Origin: Candidatus Undinarchaeota archaeon
GTDB lineage: Archaea; SpSt-1190; JASMDC01
Assembly: GCA_964519305.1 (NCBI GenBank)
Contig: CAZFHY010000004.1
Location: 96,001 to 160,000, forward strand
DNA length: 64,000 nt
Direction of reading: 5' to 3'
A program made the position numbers and the translations under genes. Positions within the stretch are counted from its first letter, which is position 1, and every line of letters starts with the position of its first letter. Below are positions 20,406 through 29,875 of this stretch, piece after piece. The notes below the pieces were generated by a model, which was given only the letters and a program-made list of their open reading frames with translations, searched no databases and was not told the DNA's origin.

Positions 20406-21692
20406 TCAAGGGACTACGCGCACCCTGGAGCCGACCAGGGATGTCGCTATCCGTCCGATGTTCACCAGGTCAGCGTCCCGTCTGCGGTCGACAATATCCG
20501 CTTCACGTTCAATGGATTTGAGCTCACGGTCCACCTTCTCTGTCTCGCGCTCCAGTTCCCGCATCCGCGCATCCTGCTCGTGGGCGCGCTGGACCACCGG
20601 ATGCTCCTCAAGCTTGCGTTCCTTCTTCTGGACATCCTCGGCCACTTGCGCGTAAGTAGTGATATAGGGAGCTAGTGCTCCGGACTGAAGATGCTTCAGG
20701 GCGGCCTTGGTCTTTGCGGCCTTGTCCTTCTTGATACCCAAGGCACGACCGTCACAGGCGGTCGCGAGTCCATCGAGGAGCCTGGAGAACTGTGGGTGTT
20801 GTGGACCCTCACCGACCAGAGTGGCGACAGGCCGTTTGAGGTATGCTGCGGCCAATTGGGACTCATCGCCCGTGTCTAGCGATTTTTGATACTTCTTTAA
20901 CGCTTTCTTAACGCCTCCAAGAGCTGTCTCGATACGGCGTCCGGCCTCGCGAAGTCGCTCGCGCGCGTCCTCCAACTCCTTTTCCACCTCGGCCAGTTCA
21001 CTCTCTGTGGCCTGACGTTCAGTGTTCAGCGCTTCGACCTTGCCATTCAATTCATCAAGGTGGTCCTGGAGCCGTTCAGTCTCTCCGACCATACGCTGGC
21101 CTATCAAGTCCGCTTCCTGAGCGTCGGCCACCAGTTCGGCAAGCTCGTCTAGACCTCCAAGGGACCGTAGACCTTTCATGGCCTTGGATAACGCTTTATG
21201 GAGCTCGACAAGCTCCCTCACCTCCTCCCCAATAGCCTTGGTCTCATTGGGGAAAACCACAGAGAGATAGTAGACATGGGCCTGACTTGCCTTCGTGAGC
21301 ATACGGAGCGACGCATCAAGGGAATCGGTGAACTCAGCAATCGATCCCAATCGCTCATCTTGTGGAAAGGCGACCTTTTGCATGGCCTTTCCCACCTTAC
21401 GCTGGAGATGACGTCGGGATTCGCCTACTGCCTTGATGAGACGAGCGTCCACTTCTTCATTATCGATTTCCCCCTCTTCCAGCCCTTCGACAAGCTCCTC
21501 AAGGGCCTCGAGCCGACTGCGGATATTGGATGCCAGCTCGTTCACGCGGTCGATCGAGTCGCGGGCCTCGCCCCGGGTACGCTCGCGAACGAGATCGACC
21601 ACCTCGTCGACCCCGACCTTGATCGGCCCGGGAGGTGGGGGTGGCTCTTCCTCGCGCCCACCGAGCAAGGAGCGCAGGAAATCAAGGACCAT
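20406..21692 (-). CDS. Long coiled-coil hypothetical protein
   Basis: 428 aa helical, charged ORF with no catalytic motif recognised. Confidence 0.75.
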   Translation of the reverse strand: MVLDFLRSLLGGREEEPPPPPGPIKVGVDEVVDLVRERTRGEARDSIDRVNELASNIRSRLEALEELVEGLEEGEIDNEEVDARLIKAVGESRRHLQRKVGKAMQKVAFPQDERLGSIAEFTDSLDASLRMLTKASQAHVYYLSVVFPNETKAIGEEVRELVELHKALSKAMKGLRSLGGLDELAELVADAQEADLIGQRMVGETERLQDHLDELNGKVEALNTERQATESELAEVEKELEDARERLREAGRRIETALGGVKKALKKYQKSLDTGDESQLAAAYLKRPVATLVGEGPQHPQFSRLLDGLATACDGRALGIKKDKAAKTKAALKHLQSGALAPYITTYAQVAEDVQKKERKLEEHPVVQRAHEQDARMRELERETEKVDRELKSIEREADIVDRRRDADLVNIGRIATSLVGSRVRVVP

Positions 21693-21937
21693 TGAACGGC
21701 CACAGGTGCCTTAATTTGAAATAGTTGTGCCACTAAACGTTAAATAGAAGTTACATGGAAAAAACCGGCGTTAATTCCGAGTTAGGCGATTTTAATGGAT
21801 TTTCATCGTTTTTTCGTATACAAAGCTTTAAAACTGAAGAGCGGGACCATAAAAAACGCCCTTTTGGGGTTTGAGCGAGATAAAACGCAAGGAAATCGCT
21901 CCGTTTACCTTCGGTCCATTGGGATGGAAGGTCGGTC

Positions 21938-22432
21938 ATGGAGGAAACAATGAGAGACGAGGAGTTCATCGAGATTGCGCGAAATTTGTTCGAGAAGAAG
22001 GAATTCTCAGTAGCGGACCTTATGCTGGCGGTCTATGATATGAAGCCACGGTCCGATACTCCCGAATACCGGACGCTCACTAGCAAACTCCGTGTTCTCG
22101 AGAAGCGCAAGCTCCTCTATTCACGCAAGGTAGGTAACCTCAAGCGTTACCGGCTCCAGGAAGAGATCCCGGGTCAGCTGAAGAAGCGTGTGCCGCCCAT
22201 CAGCGCCAAGGACCGCCTTCTGCCAGACGAGTACCTTGCTCTTCGGGAGATGGTCATAGATGGTCTCCGTACAGGGAGGATCCCTCTCAGCGGAGTAATG
22301 GGGCCGGAGAAGCATCTCCTTCCGTATCTATACAACAACATCCACAGAATTATCGCTAGTGTAAAAGCTCCGTATGAGGAGATACACATCAAGACAACAC
22401 CCCTCTACATAGAACTTGTTCCCATGGCATGA
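21938..22432 (+). CDS. Hypothetical protein with N-terminal winged helix (start 21938 or 21950)
   Basis: FSVADL...LTSKLRVLEKRKLLYSRKVGNLKRYRL pattern; followed by a hairpin. Confidence 0.6.
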   Translation: MEETMRDEEFIEIARNLFEKKEFSVADLMLAVYDMKPRSDTPEYRTLTSKLRVLEKRKLLYSRKVGNLKRYRLQEEIPGQLKKRVPPISAKDRLLPDEYLALREMVIDGLRTGRIPLSGVMGPEKHLLPYLYNNIHRIIASVKAPYEEIHIKTTPLYIELVPMA

Positions 22433-22458
22433 GGGGGAGTGGACTCCCCCCTCATGCC
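22426..22458 (+). terminator. GC-rich hairpin followed by a pyrimidine tract
   Basis: GGCATGAGGGGGAGT-GG-ACTCCCCCCTCATGCC then CTTCTTCTTTC. Confidence 0.55.
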
Positions 22459-22641
22459 CCCCCTTCTTCTTTCAACTGTTGAAGGCCCAGGGTCATCCTC
22501 CCAGTCTATCGCTATCGACTCATCAGTCTGAAAGCGTAAAGAACAGGATACTGACGTCCTTGCCGAGACCGGCTCATGGACGGTTTGGCGCGGCGAGGAC
22601 AAACCTTAAAAATACATCCTCACTCCCTTTGCCCGGTCATC

Positions 22642-22809
22642 ATGGAAGCAGCTACCTGCGCCTCGTGCGGGATGAATTCCCTTCTCGCACAATATTTTGT
22701 GATATTCCCCTGTCCGAACTGTGGCAAGGCCACCGTCGCGCGTTGCGGTCGGTGCAAGGCCCTTGGCAGGAACTACGAATGTGGGGAATGCGGATTCGAG
22801 GGACCTTAG
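22642..22809 (+). CDS. Small zinc-ribbon protein (DUF1610/HVO_2753-like)
   Basis: Four CxxC motifs, ends CGFEGP; sits upstream of EF-1beta as is usual in archaea. Confidence 0.92.
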   Translation: MEAATCASCGMNSLLAQYFVIFPCPNCGKATVARCGRCKALGRNYECGECGFEGP

Positions 22810-22810
22810 A

Positions 22811-23080
22811 ATGGGAGAAGTAATTACGACTTTCAAGGTTATGCCTGACGGACTCGATATCGATCTGGACGGGCTCAAGGAAACGATCAAGAAGGATGTG
22901 GGCGTCATCGTGAAGGTCCACGACCTCCGCGAGCAGCCTATCGCTTTCGGGCTCAAAGCGCTCTTAGTGATGGTCACCATCCCCGAGCAGGAGGGTGTCC
23001 TCGAGAAGGTCGAGAGCGCTCTTGAGGCCATCGAAGGGGTCAGCCAGGTCGACACGGTGGACGCACGCCGCGCCCTCTAG
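22811..23080 (+). CDS. ef1b: Translation elongation factor 1-beta
   Basis: KVMP, EQPIAFGLKAL, IEGVSQV motifs. Confidence 0.95.
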   Translation: MGEVITTFKVMPDGLDIDLDGLKETIKKDVGVIVKVHDLREQPIAFGLKALLVMVTIPEQEGVLEKVESALEAIEGVSQVDTVDARRAL

Positions 23081-23089
23081 GGACGGCCC

Positions 23090-24115
23090 ATGGGCGTACA
23101 GCTCCGGGACCTTCTAGCCCCGCGGGAGCTGGCCATCTCCGACCTTGCCGGCCTGAAGATCGCGATCGACGGGTACAACGCCCTCTACCAGTTCATATCC
23201 AGCATCCGTCAGAGGGACGGCACTCCCCTCCACGATGTCAAAGGGAACATAACGAGCCATCTTTCCGGCACGTTCTATCGCACAGCCAACCTCGTAGAGA
23301 AGGGTGTGCAGCCGGTATACGTGTTCGATGGCCCTCCGCCACCCGAGAAGCGCGCTGTCCTAGATGAGCGACGTGCCGTTCGGGAGGAGGCCAAGCTCCA
23401 GTGGGAGAAGGCGCTCCGCGAGGGGCGCATCGAGGATGCGCGCAAGTACTCCCAGCAAGCCGTGTTCCTTACAAAAGACATGGTGAACGAGGCCAAGACG
23501 CTCTTGGACCACATGGGCATCCCTTGGGTGGACGCTCCCGCCGAGGGCGAGGCCCAAGCGGCCCAGATGGCGGCGAAGGGCATCGTGGACGCTGCTGCGT
23601 CCCAGGACTACGATTCCCTCCTGTTCGGCTCCCCCACATTCGTCCGCAATGTCACCTTATCAGGCCGACGCAAGCTTCCCGGCCGTAACATCTACGTCCC
23701 CGTCGTCCCCGAACGCCTTGATCTGGCTGAGAGCCTCGAGAGCCTAGGCATCACACAGGAACAGCTCGTGCTGCTCGGTGTGCTCATCGGTACGGACTAC
23801 AATCCTGGCGGCGTGAAGGGAATCGGGCCAAAGAAAGGGCTCAAGCGGGTCAAGGAGCATGGTACGCTCGAGCGCGTCCTAGAGACTGTCGACTGGGAGT
23901 TCGATCTAGCGCCGGACCGCATCATGGATATGTTCCTCGATCCGGACGTCGATGTTGACGTTTCTCCCACTTGGGGCCGCGCCAACGTCCCCAAGATCGT
24001 ACGGTTCATGGCCGAGGGACATGACTTCTCCGACGAGAGGATCGAACGGACCGCCAAGCGCATGGCCAAGAACCAGTCGTCGGGCACACAAGGAAAGCTC
24101 GACCAGTGGTTCTGA
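23090..24115 (+). CDS. fen: Flap endonuclease 1
   Basis: MGV start, YVFDG, EGEAQAA, SQDYDSLLFG, GTDYNPGG, C-terminal PIP box QGKLDQWF. Confidence 0.97.
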   Translation: MGVQLRDLLAPRELAISDLAGLKIAIDGYNALYQFISSIRQRDGTPLHDVKGNITSHLSGTFYRTANLVEKGVQPVYVFDGPPPPEKRAVLDERRAVREEAKLQWEKALREGRIEDARKYSQQAVFLTKDMVNEAKTLLDHMGIPWVDAPAEGEAQAAQMAAKGIVDAAASQDYDSLLFGSPTFVRNVTLSGRRKLPGRNIYVPVVPERLDLAESLESLGITQEQLVLLGVLIGTDYNPGGVKGIGPKKGLKRVKEHGTLERVLETVDWEFDLAPDRIMDMFLDPDVDVDVSPTWGRANVPKIVRFMAEGHDFSDERIERTAKRMAKNQSSGTQGKLDQWF

Positions 24116-24161
24116 GCCGCGACCGTAGGGTTTTTATTCTTGCCCCTGCGACGCACTCCCG

Positions 24162-24821
24162 GTGAACAGGATGGATGATGAACCGACCGGACTGCTCCGC
24201 AGCGTGCTCCCCTTCGTGGCGCTGGCCTTCGCGGCCGAGGCGTACATGAAGCGCGACGTCCTCATGCCGGCCCTCTCAGCTGGCGATATTGGAATCGGGG
24301 ACGAGGATATTCTCCCCGAGGACGAAATGGAGGAAGAGAGCTGTGGCGGCCCCAGCAAGCTAAAGTCATTCCTCAAGTTCGCGGCCACCGAGGTGTTCAA
24401 GAACGCCATGGCATCCCAAGGGATCTCTCCCGACATGAAGGAGAACGTGCTCGCCGAGATCATGACCCTCAAGGACAGGGTCACTGAGGGCATGGCGGGC
24501 GGTAGCATCCCCGTGGACGTCCACCAGACGGCCAAGGAGATCATCATCCAGGCAGAGCTCCCCGGTGTTTTGAAGGAGGACATCACCCTCGAGACCAACG
24601 AGATGTACCTCCACATAGCGGCCAACGTAAAGCGACCTACAGAAGTGCCCGAGGAGGACGTGCTCGTTTCCGAGCGGACCCTCGGTCTCATCGAGCGCGA
24701 TGTTGAGCTGCCTATCCCCGTAGTACCCCAGGGTGCAAAGGCCGCGCTCGATAACGGCATCCTCACCATCACACTGAAGAAGAGTCCCGCCGTCATTATG
24801 CGGGAGATCAAGCTGAAATAA
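24162..24821 (+). CDS. Hsp20/alpha-crystallin protein with long N-terminal extension
   Basis: PVDV...AELPGVLKEDI...AALDNGILTITL; C-terminal IKL motif. Confidence 0.85.
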   Translation: MNRMDDEPTGLLRSVLPFVALAFAAEAYMKRDVLMPALSAGDIGIGDEDILPEDEMEEESCGGPSKLKSFLKFAATEVFKNAMASQGISPDMKENVLAEIMTLKDRVTEGMAGGSIPVDVHQTAKEIIIQAELPGVLKEDITLETNEMYLHIAANVKRPTEVPEEDVLVSERTLGLIERDVELPIPVVPQGAKAALDNGILTITLKKSPAVIMREIKLK

Positions 24822-24834
24822 GCGAGGGATCGAC

Positions 24835-25038
24835 ATGACAGACGCAAAGCCCAAAATCGATAAGAAACTCGTCGATGATGTCCTGGACATCATCAAGGCA
24901 CATCCTCTCGAGGTCGACCTGAAGGTGGCCAAGAAGGAGTTCGTCAACGTCAAGCTCACAGACAAGAAGATCGACGTCGACCTGCGCGATCCTGAAGAGC
25001 TCGCCCACCTCATGCGCATCATGCAGTCGCTCAAGTGA
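24835..25038 (+). CDS. Small hypothetical protein
   Basis: 67 aa, host-like codon use, purine-rich RBS, within the hsp20 operon. Confidence 0.65.
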   Translation: MTDAKPKIDKKLVDDVLDIIKAHPLEVDLKVAKKEFVNVKLTDKKIDVDLRDPEELAHLMRIMQSLK

Positions 25039-25262
25039 CCACCATGCTCGATGAGTTGTTGAACGCCAAAGAGGAGCTGAACGAGGTCAGCCGCCTCCTG
25101 CGGAACAAGGGTATGGCCGTGGAACTCTACTCCCGCGGCGTCTCCCTCATACGGATCGGAAGGAACAGCGACAGCCTTGCTATGGGCATTCTCGGTATCG
25201 AGAACGTCTCCATCAACAACAAGATCAAGCTGGTCCAGACCCTCAACGAGATCCGGCCATGA
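25035..25262 (+). CDS. Small hypothetical protein
   Basis: 75 aa; overlaps both neighbours by 4 nt. Confidence 0.65.
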   Translation: MTTMLDELLNAKEELNEVSRLLRNKGMAVELYSRGVSLIRIGRNSDSLAMGILGIENVSINNKIKLVQTLNEIRP

Positions 25263-25705
25263 GGACCGTCGACCTCACACCCGAGCAGCGGGAGCTCGTT
25301 GACGCGGCCATAGCCGCCATGCAGAACTCCTACTGCCCCTATTCAGGGTTCAGGGTAGGAGCCGCTGCCCGTACGACCACGGGGAACGTCCACGTCGGCT
25401 GCAACGTCGAATCCGCTGACTACACACTCACCAGTCACGCCGAGATGAACGCGATCAATGCCGCGGCAGTGCATGGCGAGTATCAGGTCACCTCTATGGC
25501 CGTAGTGCTCGAGGAGGGGCTCATCCCCGGCTGCGGTCTCTGTCGCCAGAAGATGATGGAGTTCAAGCCACCTGGCGGGGACATGGAGGTCATCGCCGCC
25601 AACCTTCAGGGGGAGGCGCGGGTGTTCAAGCTCTCCGAGCTCATCCCTCATGGCTTCGGGCCCGAGGACCTTGATGTCGACCGGTCCAAGTGGCTCGAAA
25701 AGTAA
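25259..25705 (+). CDS. cdd: Cytidine deaminase
   Basis: PYSGFRVGAA, GCNVE, HAE, GCGLCRQ zinc motifs. Confidence 0.9.
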   Translation: MRTVDLTPEQRELVDAAIAAMQNSYCPYSGFRVGAAARTTTGNVHVGCNVESADYTLTSHAEMNAINAAAVHGEYQVTSMAVVLEEGLIPGCGLCRQKMMEFKPPGGDMEVIAANLQGEARVFKLSELIPHGFGPEDLDVDRSKWLEK

Positions 25706-25747
25706 GGCAGTTTCATTTAACGATTTCATAACGTTCGATTGACTCAG

Positions 25748-26743
25748 CTACTCTTTCGTGCGCTTCAACCGCTTTCCGCAGAACCTGCAGAACTTCGCCC
25801 AGTGAGGGTTGTCCTCGCAGCAGTTGGGCTTAACGGCGATCTGGTGGCCGCATACAGGGCAGTAGTCAGCGGTTATGTCGATCCGATCATACCCGCATTT
25901 TTCATTTGTACATCGCTGAGCGCGCTTGTGCACCATCTGCTCGATGAAGATGGCTCCGAACACACCACCGAAAACGCACACGATGCCGATGCGCAGGAAG
26001 ATCACCATGAAGCCGGCGATGAGCTGGCCTATTGACGTGACCGGCTGGACCGGGGAGCCCACCTGTGCTACGGTGTAGAGGGACCAGAGGAAGGCGTGAG
26101 GGATGTTCTCAAAGGTCCCTGACTTCTCCTCCACCGAGTATAAAATTGAGGAGGAGGCCAGGAGCACCACGAACACCAGGAATCCCAGCAGCTGGAACAC
26201 CCGGTAGCGCTTGAAGAACACCATGCCCAGTGACTCCAGGGCCAGAGAGTAGCGGGCGAGCTTGAAAACCCTAAACACCCGGAACATACGCAACACCCGA
26301 AGAGGCCGGAGATCGATCATCCCCGTTCCCGTGAACATCCGAAAGAGATAGAAGGGGGCGATGGCCAGCAGATCTATCAGGGGCATGGGACGGAACATGA
26401 AGGTAACCTTCTCCTTGAGCACGAACAGCAGGGTCCGCTCCTCGGTCCCTTTGCTCACATTGAGGTCGCACAGCCACAACCGGAGCAGATACTCCACGGT
26501 GAAGAGGGCAACGATGATGATCTCCGAGTTCGTGAAGTACCACTCGTATCGCTCGTGGATGTGGTTGAAACTTTCGAGGATTATGGAGACGATGGACACG
26601 GCGATGAGAGCGATGATGACGAGGTCGAAGGCCTTCCCCGTGGGAGTGTCGGTCTCGAATATGATGTTGTACAACCGCTCACGGGGCGTGCGTGGCGCCT
26701 CCTTCTCGACCATTATGCCCCTGGGAGAGTCATCGTCCACCAT
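25748..26743 (-). CDS. 6-TM voltage-gated ion channel with atypical pore and C-terminal double zinc ribbon
   Basis: FTVEYLLR, IDLLAIAPFY, S4 LRVLRMFRVFRVFKLARYS; pore YTVAQVGSP; CPVCG and CRFCG. Confidence 0.85.
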   Translation of the reverse strand: MVDDDSPRGIMVEKEAPRTPRERLYNIIFETDTPTGKAFDLVIIALIAVSIVSIILESFNHIHERYEWYFTNSEIIIVALFTVEYLLRLWLCDLNVSKGTEERTLLFVLKEKVTFMFRPMPLIDLLAIAPFYLFRMFTGTGMIDLRPLRVLRMFRVFRVFKLARYSLALESLGMVFFKRYRVFQLLGFLVFVVLLASSSILYSVEEKSGTFENIPHAFLWSLYTVAQVGSPVQPVTSIGQLIAGFMVIFLRIGIVCVFGGVFGAIFIEQMVHKRAQRCTNEKCGYDRIDITADYCPVCGHQIAVKPNCCEDNPHWAKFCRFCGKRLKRTKE

Positions 26744-26752
26744 GTTCGCACC

Positions 26753-27430
26753 TCACGTGAACAGCCCGGGAACGAGCTCCTGTAGCCCGCCCAGGGTCAT
26801 CTGGAGCCCGATGCAGCAGATGAGCACAGCGACGAACCGGGAGATGAACTCCAGCTTGTGAAGGTCGAAGGTCGCTTCAGTGAAGGCCTTGGTCTTCCCC
26901 AGGGTCAGTCCGATGACGAACCCGCCCTTGCGGTCCTTCTTGTGACTGCTGGCCGTTGCGAAACGTGTAGCAATGTACATCACGACGAAGAGCACCGCCA
27001 GTGCAGCAAAAGTGTATCCAAGGACCGTGGTGCGACCGATGGCGGGATCGGCCACCTGTGTCAGGAGCACGGTGATGAACCCGGGACCTGTGGAGAGAGG
27101 GAAGGCAAGCATCGTCGACAGTGTCTCCACACCCTCGGCCTTCGTGTCCAGTACGCGCTTCGAACCCTTGGTCGCCACGTTGAAGCCCAGGTAGAATACG
27201 AGGATCCCACCTACGGTCCGGAGGGTCGGGAGCTTCACGTGGAAGAGCTCCAGCAGGAGGGGACCGGTGACGATGAAGAAGAGCGAGATGAGCACACATG
27301 AGATGGCTGTTATGTGCAGCAGACGTCCCATGTCCTTCTTGGACAGGTCCTTGCCCAGGAACAGCATGACAAAGAACTTGTCCAGGGGATTGATGATGAC
27401 CAGTAGCTCGAGCAACTGGGCAGGGATCAT
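26753..27430 (-). CDS. MarC family membrane protein
   Basis: IINPL, AFPLSTGPG, RFVAVLICCIGLQM..G motifs. Confidence 0.85.
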   Translation of the reverse strand: MIPAQLLELLVIINPLDKFFVMLFLGKDLSKKDMGRLLHITAISCVLISLFFIVTGPLLLELFHVKLPTLRTVGGILVFYLGFNVATKGSKRVLDTKAEGVETLSTMLAFPLSTGPGFITVLLTQVADPAIGRTTVLGYTFAALAVLFVVMYIATRFATASSHKKDRKGGFVIGLTLGKTKAFTEATFDLHKLEFISRFVAVLICCIGLQMTLGGLQELVPGLFT

Positions 27431-27570
27431 GAGGGAGGGCTCGGGCGTTCAGACTTATAAAGCCTGACGTGGGGCTCGATGCGAGACCTCACGAGTAAAT
27501 ACCATACATTTTTGTTATATACTTCGACATATTCACAACTCTTAAATATCATTAACTTGACATTTTTGTC

Positions 27571-29766
27571 ATGTCACCCCCCAAGGAACGCTCATCATCA
27601 AAGAACGAGAAGGCCATGCTGCGGGTGGTGTCCGGAGGCACCTCCGGCGAGCTCCAGGACTTCAAGCCAAGTCGCATCAAGGCATCCCTAATGACGGAGG
27701 TGGGTCTCGATGAAGAGACCGCCCATCGCATCGCGTTCAATGTATCGCGCACACTTCACAAGCGTGCTGACCAGGACGGGGAGGGCGTTTTCAACGTCGA
27801 GGAGGTCAGGTCGCTCGTCAACACCCAACTGTGGAAAATGGGTCTCCAGGACGAGGCCCGTAACTACACACGCCTAGGGCTGTCGGTGTTCGACATCCAG
27901 CGCCTCCTGGACGGGAGCCACGACTGGTTCCAGGAGAACGGTAACCTCACACCTGACGTGAACACGGTGCAGAAGTTCATGAGCGATATGCTCCTAAAAG
28001 AGTACACCCTGAAATATCTCATCCCCCAGCGTATAGGTGACGAGCACGCTCTCGCGCACCTGGACGGACGCATCCATATCCACGACCTCGACTACTTCAT
28101 GCTCCGCCCCTACTGCTCCAACCTCGATCTCCGACTCCTCCTCCGGAAGGGATTCGCCGTCCCTGCTGGTGGTGCGGTCTCCAAGCCCCCCAAGCACCTT
28201 GGTGTGGCAGCAGTGGCCGCCGCTAACTTCCTGGCCATCATGCAGACACAGATGGCCGGCGGTGTTGGCTATTCTTACTGGAACATGTTCCTTGCGCCGT
28301 TCCTGGCACGCAGTGACGCCCGTGATAAGTACCGTGCAGCACGCCAGGCGGTCCAGACCTTCATCTTCCAGGTGGGTCAGCTCTGGGGTGCCTACCGCGG
28401 CTCCCAGCTCATCTTCGCCGATATCGACTTCGTCTCCAACATACCACGCATCTGGCAGGACGTGCCGGCCGTTCTGCCCGGAGGCCACGTATCGGACGGG
28501 CTCACCTATGGCGACTTCGAGGAGGAGGCGCGCATCCTCATGCGTGCAGCGCTCCACGAATACTATGACGGCGACGGTTCAGGGGCGCCCTTCAAGTTCC
28601 CCAAGCCCGCATTCAAGATCACGGAGAGAACGCTCAAGGACGATCTCCTGGACGACATCGCCCGCACCATCGCCCAGAACGGCACTCCCTACCTCGCCAA
28701 CGGCGTGCAGTATGATCTGGAGAACAAGTGCATCCAGTGCTGTCGATACGTGACGGACTTCGATGAGTCGGTCATCCAGCAGGGCCATTACCTCCGCCTG
28801 GGGGCGCTCCAGGTGGTCTCCCTCAACTTCCCCAACGCGGCCCTTCTGGCCAAGGGCGATGACGATAAACTGGTGGAACAGCTCACCTCCCGTGTGGACC
28901 TCGCGCGGGACATCTTCACGACCAAGGCAGAGATCATCAAGAACAAGATCGATAGTGGCATGCTTCCGATCCTGGGACGGACGGTGTACCCTGACGCCAC
29001 CGGCGGCTATATCGCTGACAAGAAACGGGACGGTGAACCGCTCTGGAACATCGACCGCCTTGACCGCATCGTGGGCGTTGTCGGTCTCAACGAGTGCCTC
29101 AAGCTCCACACCGACGAGGAGCTGCACGAGAGCGATGATGCCTGGCGGACCGGGCTCAAGCTCGTGCAACAGGTGAGCGACTACTGCAAGGAGGTCCGGG
29201 AAGAGACTGGCGAGCGCATCATCTTCGGCCAGACCCCCGCGGAGTCCGCTGCAGGACGCCTTGCGATGATCGACGCTCGTAACCATCCGAACGCCATATC
29301 CCAGGGGACGGGAGATGCCAAGTACTACACTAACTCCACCTTCGTGCGCCAGGGGGCCGATGTCCCCCTCCCCCGGAAGGTCCAGATCGAGTCGGCGTTC
29401 CATCCCATGGAGCAGGCAGAGACCATGCTCCACATATGGCTCGGAGAGGCCCACCCCGATCCCGAGGGCATCAAGACGCTCATCGAGAAGACGGTGCGCA
29501 ACACGCTAGCGGCCGTGTTCTCGTTCACCAAGGACTTCGCCATATGCATGAGCTGCAACCGCCACTATCCTGTGGTCGCACCGGAGGACCTCAGGTCGCT
29601 CGTGTGCTCATGTGGAAGCCACCGGTTCGATGTGGTGTCGCGGGTGACCGGGTACTACTCATCCATCGGCGTGTTCGACCGCGGGCAGCTCGTGACCCAG
29701 AACTGGAACAACGGGAAGGTGGCGGAGTGGCACGAGCGTCTCCACTACGGCCTGGCGTCCCCGTGA
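27571..29766 (+). CDS. nrdD: Class III anaerobic ribonucleoside-triphosphate reductase with N-terminal ATP cone
   Basis: IHIHDLDY, QCCR, TPAES, YYTNS, Zn site CMSC..CSCG, glycyl radical RVTGYY. Confidence 0.93.
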   Translation: MSPPKERSSSKNEKAMLRVVSGGTSGELQDFKPSRIKASLMTEVGLDEETAHRIAFNVSRTLHKRADQDGEGVFNVEEVRSLVNTQLWKMGLQDEARNYTRLGLSVFDIQRLLDGSHDWFQENGNLTPDVNTVQKFMSDMLLKEYTLKYLIPQRIGDEHALAHLDGRIHIHDLDYFMLRPYCSNLDLRLLLRKGFAVPAGGAVSKPPKHLGVAAVAAANFLAIMQTQMAGGVGYSYWNMFLAPFLARSDARDKYRAARQAVQTFIFQVGQLWGAYRGSQLIFADIDFVSNIPRIWQDVPAVLPGGHVSDGLTYGDFEEEARILMRAALHEYYDGDGSGAPFKFPKPAFKITERTLKDDLLDDIARTIAQNGTPYLANGVQYDLENKCIQCCRYVTDFDESVIQQGHYLRLGALQVVSLNFPNAALLAKGDDDKLVEQLTSRVDLARDIFTTKAEIIKNKIDSGMLPILGRTVYPDATGGYIADKKRDGEPLWNIDRLDRIVGVVGLNECLKLHTDEELHESDDAWRTGLKLVQQVSDYCKEVREETGERIIFGQTPAESAAGRLAMIDARNHPNAISQGTGDAKYYTNSTFVRQGADVPLPRKVQIESAFHPMEQAETMLHIWLGEAHPDPEGIKTLIEKTVRNTLAAVFSFTKDFAICMSCNRHYPVVAPEDLRSLVCSCGSHRFDVVSRVTGYYSSIGVFDRGQLVTQNWNNGKVAEWHERLHYGLASP

Positions 29767-29779
29767 AATGTAAAGCCAC

Positions 29780-29875
29780 GTGAACTACCCCTCGCGTAGT
29801 AGAGGGGCTTCCCGCTTCGACGCTGTTCCCAGCTCCACGGGCGCATCGGGTGGTCCCCACCCGGATCGATCCTGA
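29780..29875 (-). ncRNA. TnpB omegaRNA (sotRNA-like) scaffold 3-prime region; 5-prime boundary uncertain
   Basis: Hairpin CCCCTC/GAGGGG ending GTTCAC at the IS right end, downstream of the RuvC-III motif. Confidence 0.55.

Noticed and set aside
22495-22535. CTGATGAG on the minus strand suggesting a hammerhead ribozyme or C box
   Set aside because: No GAAA follows the candidate stem II and there is no suitably placed D box
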